Shown piece by piece: positions 30,299-40,343 of a stretch of DNA of 64,000 nucleotides. The first letter of the stretch is position 1. Every line of letters starts with the position of its first letter. The notes under the pieces were generated by a model. That model was given only the letters and a program-made list of their open reading frames with translations, made no database searches and had not been told where the DNA came from. The position numbers were made by a program, and so were the translations under genes. The DNA lies in assembly GCA_963775425.1 (NCBI GenBank), contig CAVZJB010000011.1, positions 768,001 through 832,000 on the forward strand, read 5' to 3'. Source of the stretch: an uncultured delta proteobacterium. Lineage in GTDB: Bacteria > Myxococcota > UBA727 > VGSZ01.

Positions 30299-32067
30299 GG
30301 CCTCGCCTCCGCGGAGGTCCTCTTCGCCGAAGCGTCGCCGAGCGCGAGGTTTGCGCTCCACGGCTCGACGACGATGTGCGCGGTGTGCTCGCCAAGCTCT
30401 TTGAGGTGGCCCGCTTCATGGGCCTGACGCGCGCGGAGCACGGGATCCGTGACGGCGAGCGGGGTGAGGCTCTGGTTCACGACCCAGGCGAAGGGCTTGA
30501 TGTCGGCGCGCGCGAGGTCGCGCTCGAGCTGCATCGCCTCGTGGATGGGCGTCGCTTCGGGGAGGGTCACGAGGAGGACGTGGGTGAAGTCGGCGTCACG
30601 GAGGCGCGGCAGGAGCTTCTGCACGGCTTCCGGGCTCCCGCTCGGCTTGCGCAGCACCTCGCGGTGGTAGGACTCCGCGGCGTCGAGCAGCAGGAGCGTG
30701 TGACCTGTCGGCGCGGTGTCGATGACGATGAAGCGATCCTCTCCTTGGGCGACGGTCTCCGCGAACGCGCGGAACACCGCGACCTCCTCGGTGCAGGGGC
30801 TCCGGAGGTCCTCCTCGAGCAGGGCCTTCCCCTGCGCGTCGAGGGTCTTGCCGGCGCTCGTCATCACCTCCTCGGTGTAGCGGCGCGTCTCGAGCGCGGG
30901 ATCGATGCGTGTGACGCGCAGGCCGGACGCGCCCGCGCCCAGCTCGCGCACCGCCGCTTCGACGTGGGCGGCGGGATCGGTCGTGGTGAGCGTAACGGGA
31001 AAGCCTCGGCGCGCGAGCTCGCTGGAGATGCGCGCGGCGACGGAGGTCTTTCCGACGCCGCCCTTCCCCATCGTCATGATGACGCCCTTGCCCCGCACGG
31101 CGAGCTCATCGACGAGCGTGGACAGCCGCTCCCCGCGCAACGCGCTCGCCGGAGGCGTCGCGACCGGCCGCTCGGCGCGGTCGCGGGGCGCGCACATCTC
31201 TCGGAGCGCGTCGACGCCGACGAGCCCGAACGGGAGGAGCGGGACATCGATGCGCGGCACCGCGCGCAGACCGGCGGGGAGCTTCTCGAGAGAAGCCCGC
31301 CCCCGCGCCTCCATGGCGACGGCGGTCGGGTCACTCTCGTCCTGCGCGAGGAACACGCCGTTCAAGATGAGGCGCACGTTGGCGACGCCGAGCTGCGCGA
31401 GCTCAGCGCGGGTGCGCTCGGCCTCCGTGAGCGAGGAGCGATCAGGGCGCGCGACCAGGACGAGGATCGTCTGCGAGGGGTCGCGGAGCGCGTCGTTCGA
31501 TGCCGCGTACAGGGCCTTCTGCGCGCTCAATCCGGAGAGCGGACCGAGGCACGAGGTGCCGCCGACGCTTGAGTCGATGTGGCTCGTCCACGCCGCAGGC
31601 AGCTCGAGCAAACGGAGCGTGTGGCCGGTGGGCGCCGTGTCGAAGATGACGTGATCGAACTGCGCTGTCGCGCTGCCGTCGCCGAGGAGCTTCGAGAATT
31701 CGTCGAACGCGGCGATCTCGACGGTGCAGGCGCCGGAGAGTTGCTCCTCCATGCTGGCGATGGCGCTGGCGGGCAAGAGCGCGCGGTACGGACCCACGAC
31801 CCGCTCGCGGTAGTCGTGCGCGGCCTGCTCGGGATCGATGTTGAGCGCCGAGAGGCCCGGGACGTTCGGGACCGCCGTCGGCGTCGCCGACAGCTCCACG
31901 CCGAGCACCTCATCGAGGTTCGACGCGGGATCGGTGCTGACGAGGAGCACGCGTTTGCCGGCGTCGGCGAGCCCGATGGCCGTGGCGCAAGCGGAGGACG
32001 TCTTTCCGACGCCGCCTTTGCCCGTGAAGAACAAGATGCGGGTGGGAATCTTCACGAGCGTAGGCAT
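30295..32067 (-). CDS. arsA: Arsenical pump-driving ATPase
   Basis: Two [20 protein letters not shown], two [19 protein letters not shown]. Confidence 0.96.
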   Translation of the reverse strand: MPTLVKIPTRILFFTGKGGVGKTSSACATAIGLADAGKRVLLVSTDPASNLDEVLGVELSATPTAVPNVPGLSALNIDPEQAAHDYRERVVGPYRALLPASAIASMEEQLSGACTVEIAAFDEFSKLLGDGSATAQFDHVIFDTAPTGHTLRLLELPAAWTSHIDSSVGGTSCLGPLSGLSAQKALYAASNDALRDPSQTILVLVARPDRSSLTEAERTRAELAQLGVANVRLILNGVFLAQDESDPTAVAMEARGRASLEKLPAGLRAVPRIDVPLLPFGLVGVDALREMCAPRDRAERPVATPPASALRGERLSTLVDELAVRGKGVIMTMGKGGVGKTSVAARISSELARRGFPVTLTTTDPAAHVEAAVRELGAGASGLRVTRIDPALETRRYTEEVMTSAGKTLDAQGKALLEEDLRSPCTEEVAVFRAFAETVAQGEDRFIVIDTAPTGHTLLLLDAAESYHREVLRKPSGSPEAVQKLLPRLRDADFTHVLLVTLPEATPIHEAMQLERDLARADIKPFAWVVNQSLTPLAVTDPVLRARQAHEAGHLKELGEHTAHIVVEPWSANLALGDASAKRTSAEARP

Positions 32068-32105
32068 CACGATTCCTCTCGGCAGCGAACCCGACGAGCC
32101 GCGAC

Positions 32106-32546
32106 TCAGCAGCACCCGCCGGACTTCTTCGGGGCGGCGGTGCTTTCGGCAGGCGCGCAGCAGCTCCCAGCGCCGATGCCCGCGATCCGGACGAGGCCGG
32201 GTGCGGCGTCGACGGGCCCGGTAGCGATGCTCGGCACGGGAGCCGGGAGGCCGGCCCAGGCCGCGAGCTCGTCCCGCGACGGGTACACGCCGCTGCTCTT
32301 CACCTCGCCGTTGACCTTCACGAGGGGCAGCCCCTCCTCACCGCGCGCCTCGAGGGTGGCCTTCGCCACCGCGTCGGCGACGAAGGCCGCGGGGTGCTGC
32401 GAGAGGTTGTAGCGCTCGACAAAGACGCCCTGGGCCTTGAGCCAGTCGAGGTCGGCGGCGAAGCGCACGAGCTTGTCGTCGACGGACGGGCCGCAGACGC
32501 CGGTGGAGCAGCACTGCGCAGGATCGAAGACGCGAATGGTGTTCAT
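32106..32546 (-). CDS. arsD: Arsenite metallochaperone
   Basis: FDPAQCCSTGVCGP, GVYPSRDEL, C-terminal CC pairs. Confidence 0.95.
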   Translation of the reverse strand: MNTIRVFDPAQCCSTGVCGPSVDDKLVRFAADLDWLKAQGVFVERYNLSQHPAAFVADAVAKATLEARGEEGLPLVKVNGEVKSSGVYPSRDELAAWAGLPAPVPSIATGPVDAAPGLVRIAGIGAGSCCAPAESTAAPKKSGGCC

Positions 32547-32583
32547 GAGGCACTTCCTTGTCATCGCAGGACAACGATGACGG

Positions 32584-32925
32584 CTAGATTCCCGCCACGA
32601 GCACCCTCAGGCGGCGCATCGTGCGCGGCTCGATGCAGTAACAAACGCGCGGCCCGTCGATCTCACCCCGGATGAGGCCGGCTTCCTTCAGCACCTTGAG
32701 GTGCTGTGAGACGGTGGACTGGGCGAGCGGGAGCTCGCTGACGATATCCCCGCACACGCACGACGATCGCCTCGTGAGGATGCGAAGGATCTGCACACGC
32801 GCGGGGTGACCGACGGCCTTGGCGAGCTCCGCGAGCTCCTCATCGGCCTCGTCCCCCTCTACCGGGCGGAGGTCGGGCGACACGGTCCCGGGCGGGCAAC
32901 AGGCGGCGGCGTCCACGCCATTCAT
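32584..32925 (-). CDS. arsR: ArsR/SmtB metalloregulator
   Basis: N-terminal [43 protein letters not shown]. Confidence 0.93.
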   Translation of the reverse strand: MNGVDAAACCPPGTVSPDLRPVEGDEADEELAELAKAVGHPARVQILRILTRRSSCVCGDIVSELPLAQSTVSQHLKVLKEAGLIRGEIDGPRVCYCIEPRTMRRLRVLVAGI

Positions 32926-32959
32926 CGTAAGATAGCGATAACCACCGATCGCTCGAGCG

Positions 32960-33736
32960 TCAAGGTGGTCCACCGAGAGAAGCTGGATCCTGACCGTAGA
33001 ACTCCTGCAACTGCAGGTAGAGCTCGGGGTGCTTTCGACGGAGCTGGTGCGGCTTCTCGAAGAACGACTCTGTGGCGACGGCGAAGAATTCGGCCGGGCT
33101 CTTCGCTCCGTATTTGTCGAGGACGGTTCGATGTCTCAGCGCCGTGTCCCGCACGAGCTCGTCGTACTCGTGGGCGAGCACGCGCGCCCAGGCGACGTAC
33201 ATCGAGCGGCGCGGCAGCACCGGCGAGCCCGCGCCGCCGCCTTCCTGGTCGAGTTGATGAGCGAACTCGTGCAGCACGACGTTGTGTCCGTCGTGGATGT
33301 CGGCCGCGCCGGCGAGCACGCTGTCCCAGGCAAGCACGACGATGTCGTGGCTCCACGACTCGCCCAGGCGCGCTTGCGGGCTCTCGTCGACGACGCCGGC
33401 GGCGTCCTTCCGCTCGGAGTGGACGAGGAACGTCGTCGGGTACACGAGGATCGTGCTGAGGTTCGGGTAGCAGTCATCGACAAAGCGGTGAAGCAGAAGG
33501 ACGCAGGCCTGCGCGGCGATGGTCACGCGAATCTCGTCGGTGATCTCGATGCCGGCACACCCCTCGAAGCGTTTCTCCGCGAGGAACACCTGCACACATC
33601 CAAAGAGGTGAAGGCGATCCTGCTCGGACAGCCGCGCGACGAACGGGACGTTGCGCTCGATGAACCCGCGCCAGCTCTCCGGCATCGCCGCGCTGCGTAT
33701 CTTTGAGCGGCGCCTGCGCGTCCACCAGCCGGTCAT
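32960..33736 (-). CDS. MtfA-like zinc-dependent peptidase (M90)
   Basis: [53 protein letters not shown]. Confidence 0.92.
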   Translation of the reverse strand: MTGWWTRRRRSKIRSAAMPESWRGFIERNVPFVARLSEQDRLHLFGCVQVFLAEKRFEGCAGIEITDEIRVTIAAQACVLLLHRFVDDCYPNLSTILVYPTTFLVHSERKDAAGVVDESPQARLGESWSHDIVVLAWDSVLAGAADIHDGHNVVLHEFAHQLDQEGGGAGSPVLPRRSMYVAWARVLAHEYDELVRDTALRHRTVLDKYGAKSPAEFFAVATESFFEKPHQLRRKHPELYLQLQEFYGQDPASLGGPP

Positions 33737-33951
33737 GCGCGACCATACCGAAAGCTTCCGCTGAACGCGCACGCACGTAGATGCCGGCGCGCGTCCACGA
33801 TGGCGGCAGCGGTGCGATGGCGCACGGGCTTCCGGGCGGTCGAACACGTGCGACGACGGCCGCCTTGCCTTCGAGCGCGCGGCGTCGCTCACCGCTTGAT
33901 GGCATGCAGCGTGCTGAGGCCGGAGCGCTGCGAGCGCAGCCGAAGGAGACG

Positions 33952-34452
33952 ATGATGAAACGCGTTGCCCGAACCCTCACGCTGTCGCTCGTGGTGCTCG
34001 TGGCCGCGGGCTGCATGGGCTCGTTCGTGCTGACCAGGAAGCTCTACGCCTGGAACGAGTCGTTCACCGACAGCAAGATGGTGAACAACCTGGTGTTCTG
34101 GGGCTTGAACATCCTGCCGGTCTACTCGCTGGCGGTCGCCGGTGACGCCGTGATCCTCAACCTGATCGAGTTCTGGAGCGGCAGCAACCCGTTGGGGGAC
34201 GCCAAGGTCACGATGGTCACGAACCCCGACGGCACGATCACCCTGACGCGCGGGGACGAGGTGTTCGTGCTCGTGCCGCGCGGCGACAACCGCGTCGACG
34301 TGCTCGTCGATGGAGCGCTGGCCGGCTCGGCCGAGCACACCGACGTCGGCGGCATCGTCGCGTTCGACGCGAGCGGTCATGAGATCGGCGTCGTGACACC
34401 CGAGGAGGTGGAGGTCAGCGAGCGCGTCGTCGCCGCCGAGCTCGCTCGTTGA
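33952..34452 (+). CDS. DUF3332 family lipoprotein
   Basis: AAGCMGSFVLTRKLYAWN...PVY...GDAVILNLIEFWSGSNP; AAGGAG RBS. Confidence 0.85.
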   Translation: MMKRVARTLTLSLVVLVAAGCMGSFVLTRKLYAWNESFTDSKMVNNLVFWGLNILPVYSLAVAGDAVILNLIEFWSGSNPLGDAKVTMVTNPDGTITLTRGDEVFVLVPRGDNRVDVLVDGALAGSAEHTDVGGIVAFDASGHEIGVVTPEEVEVSERVVAAELAR

Positions 34453-34468
34453 CGCGGCGGATCGCCGC

Positions 34469-35764
34469 CTACTGGAGCCCGAAGGCGATTCGATCGATGG
34501 CGACGTTGCCGTCCCGGTCGGTCACGGTGGCGGTGATCGTTCGAAACTGCCGGGGCGAGGTGATGGAGACGGTGAAGGGCGCGCAGCCCGTGCCGAGATC
34601 GCCGTCGAGGTCGCTGGTCCAGGTGACGTTCGCGGGGCTGCCGTCCTCGGCGTCGCTCGTGGAGCAGCGGAAGGTCACCGAGCCCGCGGGGACGGTGGCG
34701 CCGTTTTGGGGGGAGAGGATGCCGACGACGGGAGGGTTGCCGACGGGGGCCGGCGGTGAATCCGCGCCGTCGGCCATGCAAGCGTCGTACGCCGTCAGCC
34801 AATCGAGGAAGTCGGCGTAGGCGGGGTCGCTCTCGTCCTGGAACTTCTGGCCGCCGCCGTGCGGGTTGTTCGCGAGGTCGTTCAGCGGCTTGTGCAGGAG
34901 CAGGCTGTTTTCGGGCGTCGTCAGGTTGACGACCTGAAGGCCGATCATGTTGAACATCGTGAAGCGCGCGTCGTCGGGGCCCTCCGGCGACTCCTGCGAG
35001 CCGTAGAACATCTTCGGCGCGGCGCCGCCGGTGGCGGGGTCGGTGTTGGCGCCGTAGGTCGCGTGGCAGCTCACGCAGCGCCCGCGCCAGGAGAAGACCT
35101 TCTGGTCGAAGAGCTGCACGAGGCCGGCCTCGTCGCAGCCGTTGAGCGGCGAGAGCACGTCGGGCGGCGGCGCGTCGGTCGCGCCCGTGCCGCACGGATC
35201 GGAGGGCGCCGGCCCGCACACGCTGTCGTTGCAGCGCGCGCTCCAGTCGATCCACCCGAGCACCCCGTCGTGCTCCTGCTGAATCACGTCCGGCGTGATC
35301 AGGTTCGATGCGGGGTTGCTGTTCAAGATGAAGGTGAGCACCGGGCTCGCCGTCGGCGGGTCGAACACGACGACGCCCTGGTTCAGCATGCACGCCATGG
35401 TGCCGCACGGGCTGTTCTGCACGTAGAGCGAGAGGTCCACGCCCTCCATGTGGCACTGGTTGCACGTCGTCGGGACCGCACCGGAGACCAGCGGCTCGAT
35501 GCGTCGCCGATACAGGTCGAGGCCCGCCTCGCTCGTGCAATCGGCTTCGCCCTCACCCTCGCCGGCGGCGTCGCCTTCACCCTCGCCCTCGCCCTCCGCG
35601 GCGGCGCCTCCTTCTCCCTCTCCTTCTCCTTCTCCGTCTCCCTCCCCTTCACCGACATCGTCGCCATGATCGCCGGGGTCGCGCGCGCGTCCGCTCGGCA
35701 GCTCGGTGGTGCATGCCGCGAGGAGGGCGAAGAGGGCGCAAGCGAGGAGGCAGCGGGGGCGCAT
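34469..35764 (-). CDS. Di-heme c-type cytochrome lipoprotein with Gly-Glu linker and C-terminal Ig-like domain
   Basis: Lipobox LAAC; CNQCH and CVSCH; PENSLLLHKP..HGGG; PPVVGILSPQNG..SDAEDG..WTSDLDG. Confidence 0.8.
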   Translation of the reverse strand: MRPRCLLACALFALLAACTTELPSGRARDPGDHGDDVGEGEGDGEGEGEGEGGAAAEGEGEGEGDAAGEGEGEADCTSEAGLDLYRRRIEPLVSGAVPTTCNQCHMEGVDLSLYVQNSPCGTMACMLNQGVVVFDPPTASPVLTFILNSNPASNLITPDVIQQEHDGVLGWIDWSARCNDSVCGPAPSDPCGTGATDAPPPDVLSPLNGCDEAGLVQLFDQKVFSWRGRCVSCHATYGANTDPATGGAAPKMFYGSQESPEGPDDARFTMFNMIGLQVVNLTTPENSLLLHKPLNDLANNPHGGGQKFQDESDPAYADFLDWLTAYDACMADGADSPPAPVGNPPVVGILSPQNGATVPAGSVTFRCSTSDAEDGSPANVTWTSDLDGDLGTGCAPFTVSITSPRQFRTITATVTDRDGNVAIDRIAFGLQ

Positions 35765-35847
35765 GGGAGCTCCTGGGGCAGAGTCGGGCCTTACGGGGCG
35801 TGCTCCAGATCGCGATCCGCGGATCCCGCCGGTGTTCGCGTCCGCCG

Positions 35848-36612
35848 ATGATCAAGTCGCAGACCTCGTCATTGTCGCTGTCATTGTCGCTGTCATTGTC
35901 GCTGTCATTGTCGCTGTCATTGTCGCCGCCGATGGCCGTCGCGCTCCTCGCCGCGGGGCTCGCGGGCTGCCCCCCGGCGGGGGGATCTTCGCGGGGGGCG
36001 CCACCGACGCCCAGGGCATCCTCGTCGGCGCAGAGTGCTGGGACGACGGCCTGTGTCGCGTGGGCTGCGCGCCGCCCGACCCGGACTGCCCGGCGTTCCC
36101 GGATCCGTCGTCGAGCTGCGCGGAGGGCGACACGAGCTGTGACGGCCTGTGCGACGGCTTCAGCGCGATAAAGTGCACGCGCACGGACTTCTTCGGGCAC
36201 GTCGTCGATCAGCTGGCCGACGCCACCGCCGACATCCTGGCGTCTGGGACTGGGCGCACATGAAGAAGAGCGTCGACGGGTTCGGCCCCACCATGGCCAC
36301 GGTCAACCACCGCGCCAGCTTCGAGGGCGACGGCTGGGACGCCACCGAGGACGACGTCAAGGCGGACGGCAACCTCTTTCACCCTCGCTGTTGTTCTTCG
36401 ATCGCACAGGCCCGCGAGCACGTGGGGTCAAGCACGGGCGCGGCTGGGCCGTCCACATGTGGCTGCGCCAGGGGCAGCCCCGCCCCACCATCGCGCGCTT
36501 CGACCCCGACATGCGCTGGGCGGACGCCCCGAGCGGCCGCATCGCCCTCGACAACGAGCGCTTCTTCTTCTTCCAGGACGCCGACGCCTGCTGCGGCGAC
36601 GTCTGCCACTGA
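35848..36612 (+). CDS. Cys-rich lipoprotein split by about three single-base frameshifts (pseudogene or sequencing error)
   Basis: LAGC lipobox, then coding-like segments in successive frames (AECWDDGLC..; VWDWAHMKK..; LFFDRTG..CCGDVCH). Junctions fall at short C/G runs. Confidence 0.5.
35868..35926. repeat. 12-bp tandem repeat GTCATTGTCGCT, about five copies
   Basis: Directly visible; encodes (SL)n in the putative signal region. Confidence 0.95.
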
Positions 36613-36618
36613 CCCGAG

Positions 36619-38097
36619 CTACGGCGCGGCGCACTCTTCCACGGTGATCGAGCCGGTCGCGGCGCGCGCCGCGTCGCAGGCGGAGCCGAACAGCTCCAGG
36701 GTGCCGACGCCGACGACGTCCCAGCCGTCGTTGCGCGTGTCGTCGTGGGCGACGGTCGCGCCGTCGATCCGCACCGTGAGCGCGGCGGCGTCGGGGTGCC
36801 CACCGAGGTCGAACCTGCAAGAGCCGACGTCGGTGGCGATGCCCTCGACGGTGGTGGCGAGGTCGTCGGACGACGTCACGCTGAAGAAATCGCCGCTGCC
36901 GCCTGCTTGCGCGATGTTCGTGAGCACGTCGTTGAACGCGACGGCGCCGTCGATGCCGAGGACGTACACGGGGTAGCCCGCCTGGCTCAAGGCCGTCGCC
37001 GCCGCCACGGTGTCGGCGTCGTCGAGGCAGTTCGCGGAGAACTGCTGACACTGCGAGCGGTCGCCGACGCAGCGGCAGGTGTCGCCGTCGAGCGAGCGGT
37101 TGCAGTTGGGTCCGCCGTCGGTGGCGAGGATCACCGCGCGCTGACCGCCGTCCTGGGGGAGCAGATCGAGCACGCCCTTGGCCTGGAGCAGCGAAGCCGC
37201 CGTAGGCGTGGCGCCCGAGGGCTCCGTCAAGAAGAGCGCGGTCTTGATGGAGCTGTGGTTGTCGAGGCGCACCGGGCGCAAGAGCGCGCCGGCGGCGCAA
37301 ACGTCGTCGGGGTTGTCTGCGGGGAAGGTCAAAAGCCCGATCGCCACGTGGTCCTCGAGCTGGCCGACGACGCCGTCGCCGCCGCCGAGCAGCGGCCCGA
37401 CGAGCGCCTCGCGCGTGGCGTCCCACTTGCTGCCGGAGAAGCCCGGCGCGGCCTCGGACATCGACGCCGAGCGATCGACGAGGAGCAGGATGCGCGGCGG
37501 GATGGGCGCCTGCGGATCGAAGCTCTGCGTGGTGCACGTCGGCTCGCTGTCGTCGGGGACGCCGTCGCCGTTGTCGTCGGGGTCGAGGCTGTCGGGGGTG
37601 CCGTCGCCGTCGGAGTCCGGCGCGCCGCTTCCGGGCGGGCTCCCGTCGTCGCACGGGAACAGACCGGACTCGACGCCGAGGCAGTAGCCGTCGCAGTCGT
37701 GGTTTTCGTCCTCGGGGACGCCGTCGCCGTCGCAGTCGTTGGGCCCGATGACGCCGTCGGGGATGCCGTCCCCGTCGTCGTCATTGTCGTCGATGTTGGG
37801 GATGCCGTCGCCGTCCGGATCGCCCCAGGGCCCCGTCGTGCCGTCGGGGTTTGTGCCGTAGGGCGTGTCGTCGTCGGCGTTGGCGATGCCGTCGCCGTCG
37901 ATGTCGTCGTCTTCGGTGTTGGGGATGCCGTCGCCGTCGATGTCGTCGTCCACGGCGTTGGCGATGCCGTCGCCGTCGAGGTCGCTCGCGCTGGCGCCGC
38001 CGCGTCCCTGGACGTCATGTTGGGGGCCCGTGCACCCCTCGCAGCCGCAGAGCGTGAGGACGGCGACGGACAACGACGTGGTCATGAGCCTGCGCAC
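36619..38097 (-). CDS. VWA domain lipoprotein with thrombospondin-3-like Ca-binding repeats
   Basis: Many DxDGDGIPN/D repeats; LLVDRSASM MIDAS, GATPT, ILATDGGPNC. Confidence 0.88.
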   Translation of the reverse strand: MRRLMTTSLSVAVLTLCGCEGCTGPQHDVQGRGGASASDLDGDGIANAVDDDIDGDGIPNTEDDDIDGDGIANADDDTPYGTNPDGTTGPWGDPDGDGIPNIDDNDDDGDGIPDGVIGPNDCDGDGVPEDENHDCDGYCLGVESGLFPCDDGSPPGSGAPDSDGDGTPDSLDPDDNGDGVPDDSEPTCTTQSFDPQAPIPPRILLLVDRSASMSEAAPGFSGSKWDATREALVGPLLGGGDGVVGQLEDHVAIGLLTFPADNPDDVCAAGALLRPVRLDNHSSIKTALFLTEPSGATPTAASLLQAKGVLDLLPQDGGQRAVILATDGGPNCNRSLDGDTCRCVGDRSQCQQFSANCLDDADTVAAATALSQAGYPVYVLGIDGAVAFNDVLTNIAQAGGSGDFFSVTSSDDLATTVEGIATDVGSCRFDLGGHPDAAALTVRIDGATVAHDDTRNDGWDVVGVGTLELFGSACDAARAATGSITVEECAAP

Positions 38098-38316
38098 GGG
38101 GACCTCCGAAAGACGCCGGAGGGTCCGCCACAATCGGAGGGCGGCGGTCGGACGATTGGCTGATGAGTTCATCGGTCGGCTGCCCGACGCGCATTGCAAG
38201 CAACAATGACCGCAACAGTCCGGCGGCGCGCTTCGGGAGCCGCGCATGTCAGGCCGACGACGTCGACACCGCGACCCGATTGACGGCCGCCGAATCGCCG
38301 ACTGTGATCGGGCCCG

Positions 38317-38940
38317 ATGAAGCCCTACCGCCCCCTCGCCCGCGTCGCCGTCGTCACCCAGGTCCTGCTCGCGTCGCACGCGGTGCTGAACCTCGTCGCC
38401 CTCGGCATCGACGACAGCACGTTCCAGGGCCTCTCGGACGATGCGTCGCTCGGCCACGTCATGGGAACGCTCGTCGGCCTGGTCGGGCTCATCTCGCTCA
38501 TCGGTGTCGTGCTCCTCGGCACCGTGGTCGCGTTCCTCATCTGGCTGAACCGCGCCGCGCACAACGCGCGGGTCCTCTATCCGGGGGCATTCTTTTCGAT
38601 CACCCCCGGCTGGGCGGTGACCTGGTGGTTCGTGCCCATCGCGTTCCTCTACAAGCCCTACCGCGCCGTGCAGGAGCTGTGGGACGCGGCGCGGCCGGGC
38701 GGGGCGGCGCTGGTGGGCGTGTGGTGGTGCGCGTTCGTGATGCGCGCGATCCTGTCGCGCTTCACGATGAACGCCGCGGCGGGCTCCGGCTTCGAGGTCG
38801 CCTACGCCGCCGTCAACGCCGTCGCCGCCGTCCTGTGCATCGCGGTGGTTCGCGCCATCAGCGCGGCCCAGGCCGAGGCATGGGTGCAGCAAAAGCGCGA
38901 GAGCATCGGCGACGTCGTCGCGCACGTCCCGCAGGGCTGA
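38317..38940 (+). CDS. DUF4328 membrane protein
   Basis: FLIWLNRAAHNA..PGWAVTWWFVPIAFLYKPYRAVQELW..VWW. Confidence 0.85.
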   Translation: MKPYRPLARVAVVTQVLLASHAVLNLVALGIDDSTFQGLSDDASLGHVMGTLVGLVGLISLIGVVLLGTVVAFLIWLNRAAHNARVLYPGAFFSITPGWAVTWWFVPIAFLYKPYRAVQELWDAARPGGAALVGVWWCAFVMRAILSRFTMNAAAGSGFEVAYAAVNAVAAVLCIAVVRAISAAQAEAWVQQKRESIGDVVAHVPQG

Positions 38941-39074
38941 AGACGCGCGCCGATCCCGCGCGGCCGCTCGCCCCCGTCGACGATCGACCGATGATGCCCG
39001 GCGGCTCGACAGCCAGCGCCCTCCGATAATGTCCGCGTGGCTCGCACCTTTCGCGCGCCGCGAAGGGTGGCCAC

Positions 39075-40340
39075 ATGCTCGGGTCGGAACGAAGGGCGCG
39101 CGGGGAATGGTCGACGGCAAGCGCGTGCGGAGCGGTCCTGGCGCTCGCCGTCGCGGTCGGTGGTTGCGAGCCGCCGCCGCCGCCGCCGCCGCCCGATGAC
39201 CGCGACACCCACGTGAAGCCGGCCGCGTTCGAGCCCGCCGAGGTGCCGGAGCCGCCGCAGGTGATCGACCTCGGCGGCGAGGTGCTCGCCACGCCCAGGG
39301 TTGCGATGCTGTACTTCGCCGGTGAGCCGCTGCAGGACATCATCGATCCGTTCGTCGCCGAGCTTCAGCCCGCCGGGTTCTGGACGCCCTCGACGTCGGA
39401 GTACGGCGTCGGGCCGCTCACCGTCTCGCCGGCGCTCCACTTCGCGGATGCGGCCCCGTCGTCGCTCACCGGCGACGAGCTCATCACGCAAATGGACGAC
39501 GCGTTCACGAGCGGGGCCTTCGGGGCCCCCGATCCGTCCACCATCTACACGGCGGTGATCCCCTCGAGCACCGCGTTCGACGACTTCGGCACGTGCTGCG
39601 GAGACTTCGACGGCGAGCACTTCGCCGCCAGCGCCGGCGGCGCCACCATCCCGATCGCCGTGGTGTGCGCTTGCGACGACGGCTTCGCCGGACCCGGCCT
39701 CGGCGCCGACGACGAGCTCACCGCCACCATCGCGCACGAGCTCGCCGAAGCGGCGACCGATCCGTTCGACGATCCCGCCTTCGCCGAGACCGACGACGCG
39801 CACATCGCCTGGACCCTCGCCAGCGGCGGCGAGGTCGGTGACATGTGCGACCTCAGCGACAACGCGTCCATCGTGCTCCCCGGCATGGAGCACGCCATCC
39901 AACGCATCTGGTCGAACCAGGCCGCGCTGGTCGGCGCCGACCCCTGCGTGCCTGCGCCGGCCGGCGCCGTCTACTTCCAGAGCGTGCCCGTGCTCGAAGA
40001 CGATCTCGTGCTGAACATCGACGGCGTGGGCACCGTGCACACGCTCGGAAAGAAGCTCGACGTCGGACAGACCGGCACCATCGAGGTCAAGCTCTCGAGC
40101 AGCGCCGACACCGAGGCCTGGACCGTGACGCCCCTCGACGCGTCCTTCGGACAACCTCAGCTCGACTTGCGGCTCGACAAGCGGTCCGGCAACAACGGCG
40201 ACACCCTCGTGCTCACCGTGACCCTGAACGCGGTGGACCCCGACATCGGCGCGGCGCTGTTCTTCCTCGAGTCGAGCACCGGCAATCCGTCGGCGCCGTC
40301 GGCGTCGAGCGCCAGCGTCGGCCTCGTCGGACCCTCGTGA
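39075..40340 (+). CDS. Hypothetical lipoprotein with HELAEAATDP motif
   Basis: VGGC lipobox, AHELAEAATDP, GEVGDMC, IQRIWSN; start uncertain. Confidence 0.75.
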   Translation: MLGSERRARGEWSTASACGAVLALAVAVGGCEPPPPPPPPDDRDTHVKPAAFEPAEVPEPPQVIDLGGEVLATPRVAMLYFAGEPLQDIIDPFVAELQPAGFWTPSTSEYGVGPLTVSPALHFADAAPSSLTGDELITQMDDAFTSGAFGAPDPSTIYTAVIPSSTAFDDFGTCCGDFDGEHFAASAGGATIPIAVVCACDDGFAGPGLGADDELTATIAHELAEAATDPFDDPAFAETDDAHIAWTLASGGEVGDMCDLSDNASIVLPGMEHAIQRIWSNQAALVGADPCVPAPAGAVYFQSVPVLEDDLVLNIDGVGTVHTLGKKLDVGQTGTIEVKLSSSADTEAWTVTPLDASFGQPQLDLRLDKRSGNNGDTLVLTVTLNAVDPDIGAALFFLESSTGNPSAPSASSASVGLVGPS

Positions 40341-40343
40341 GCC

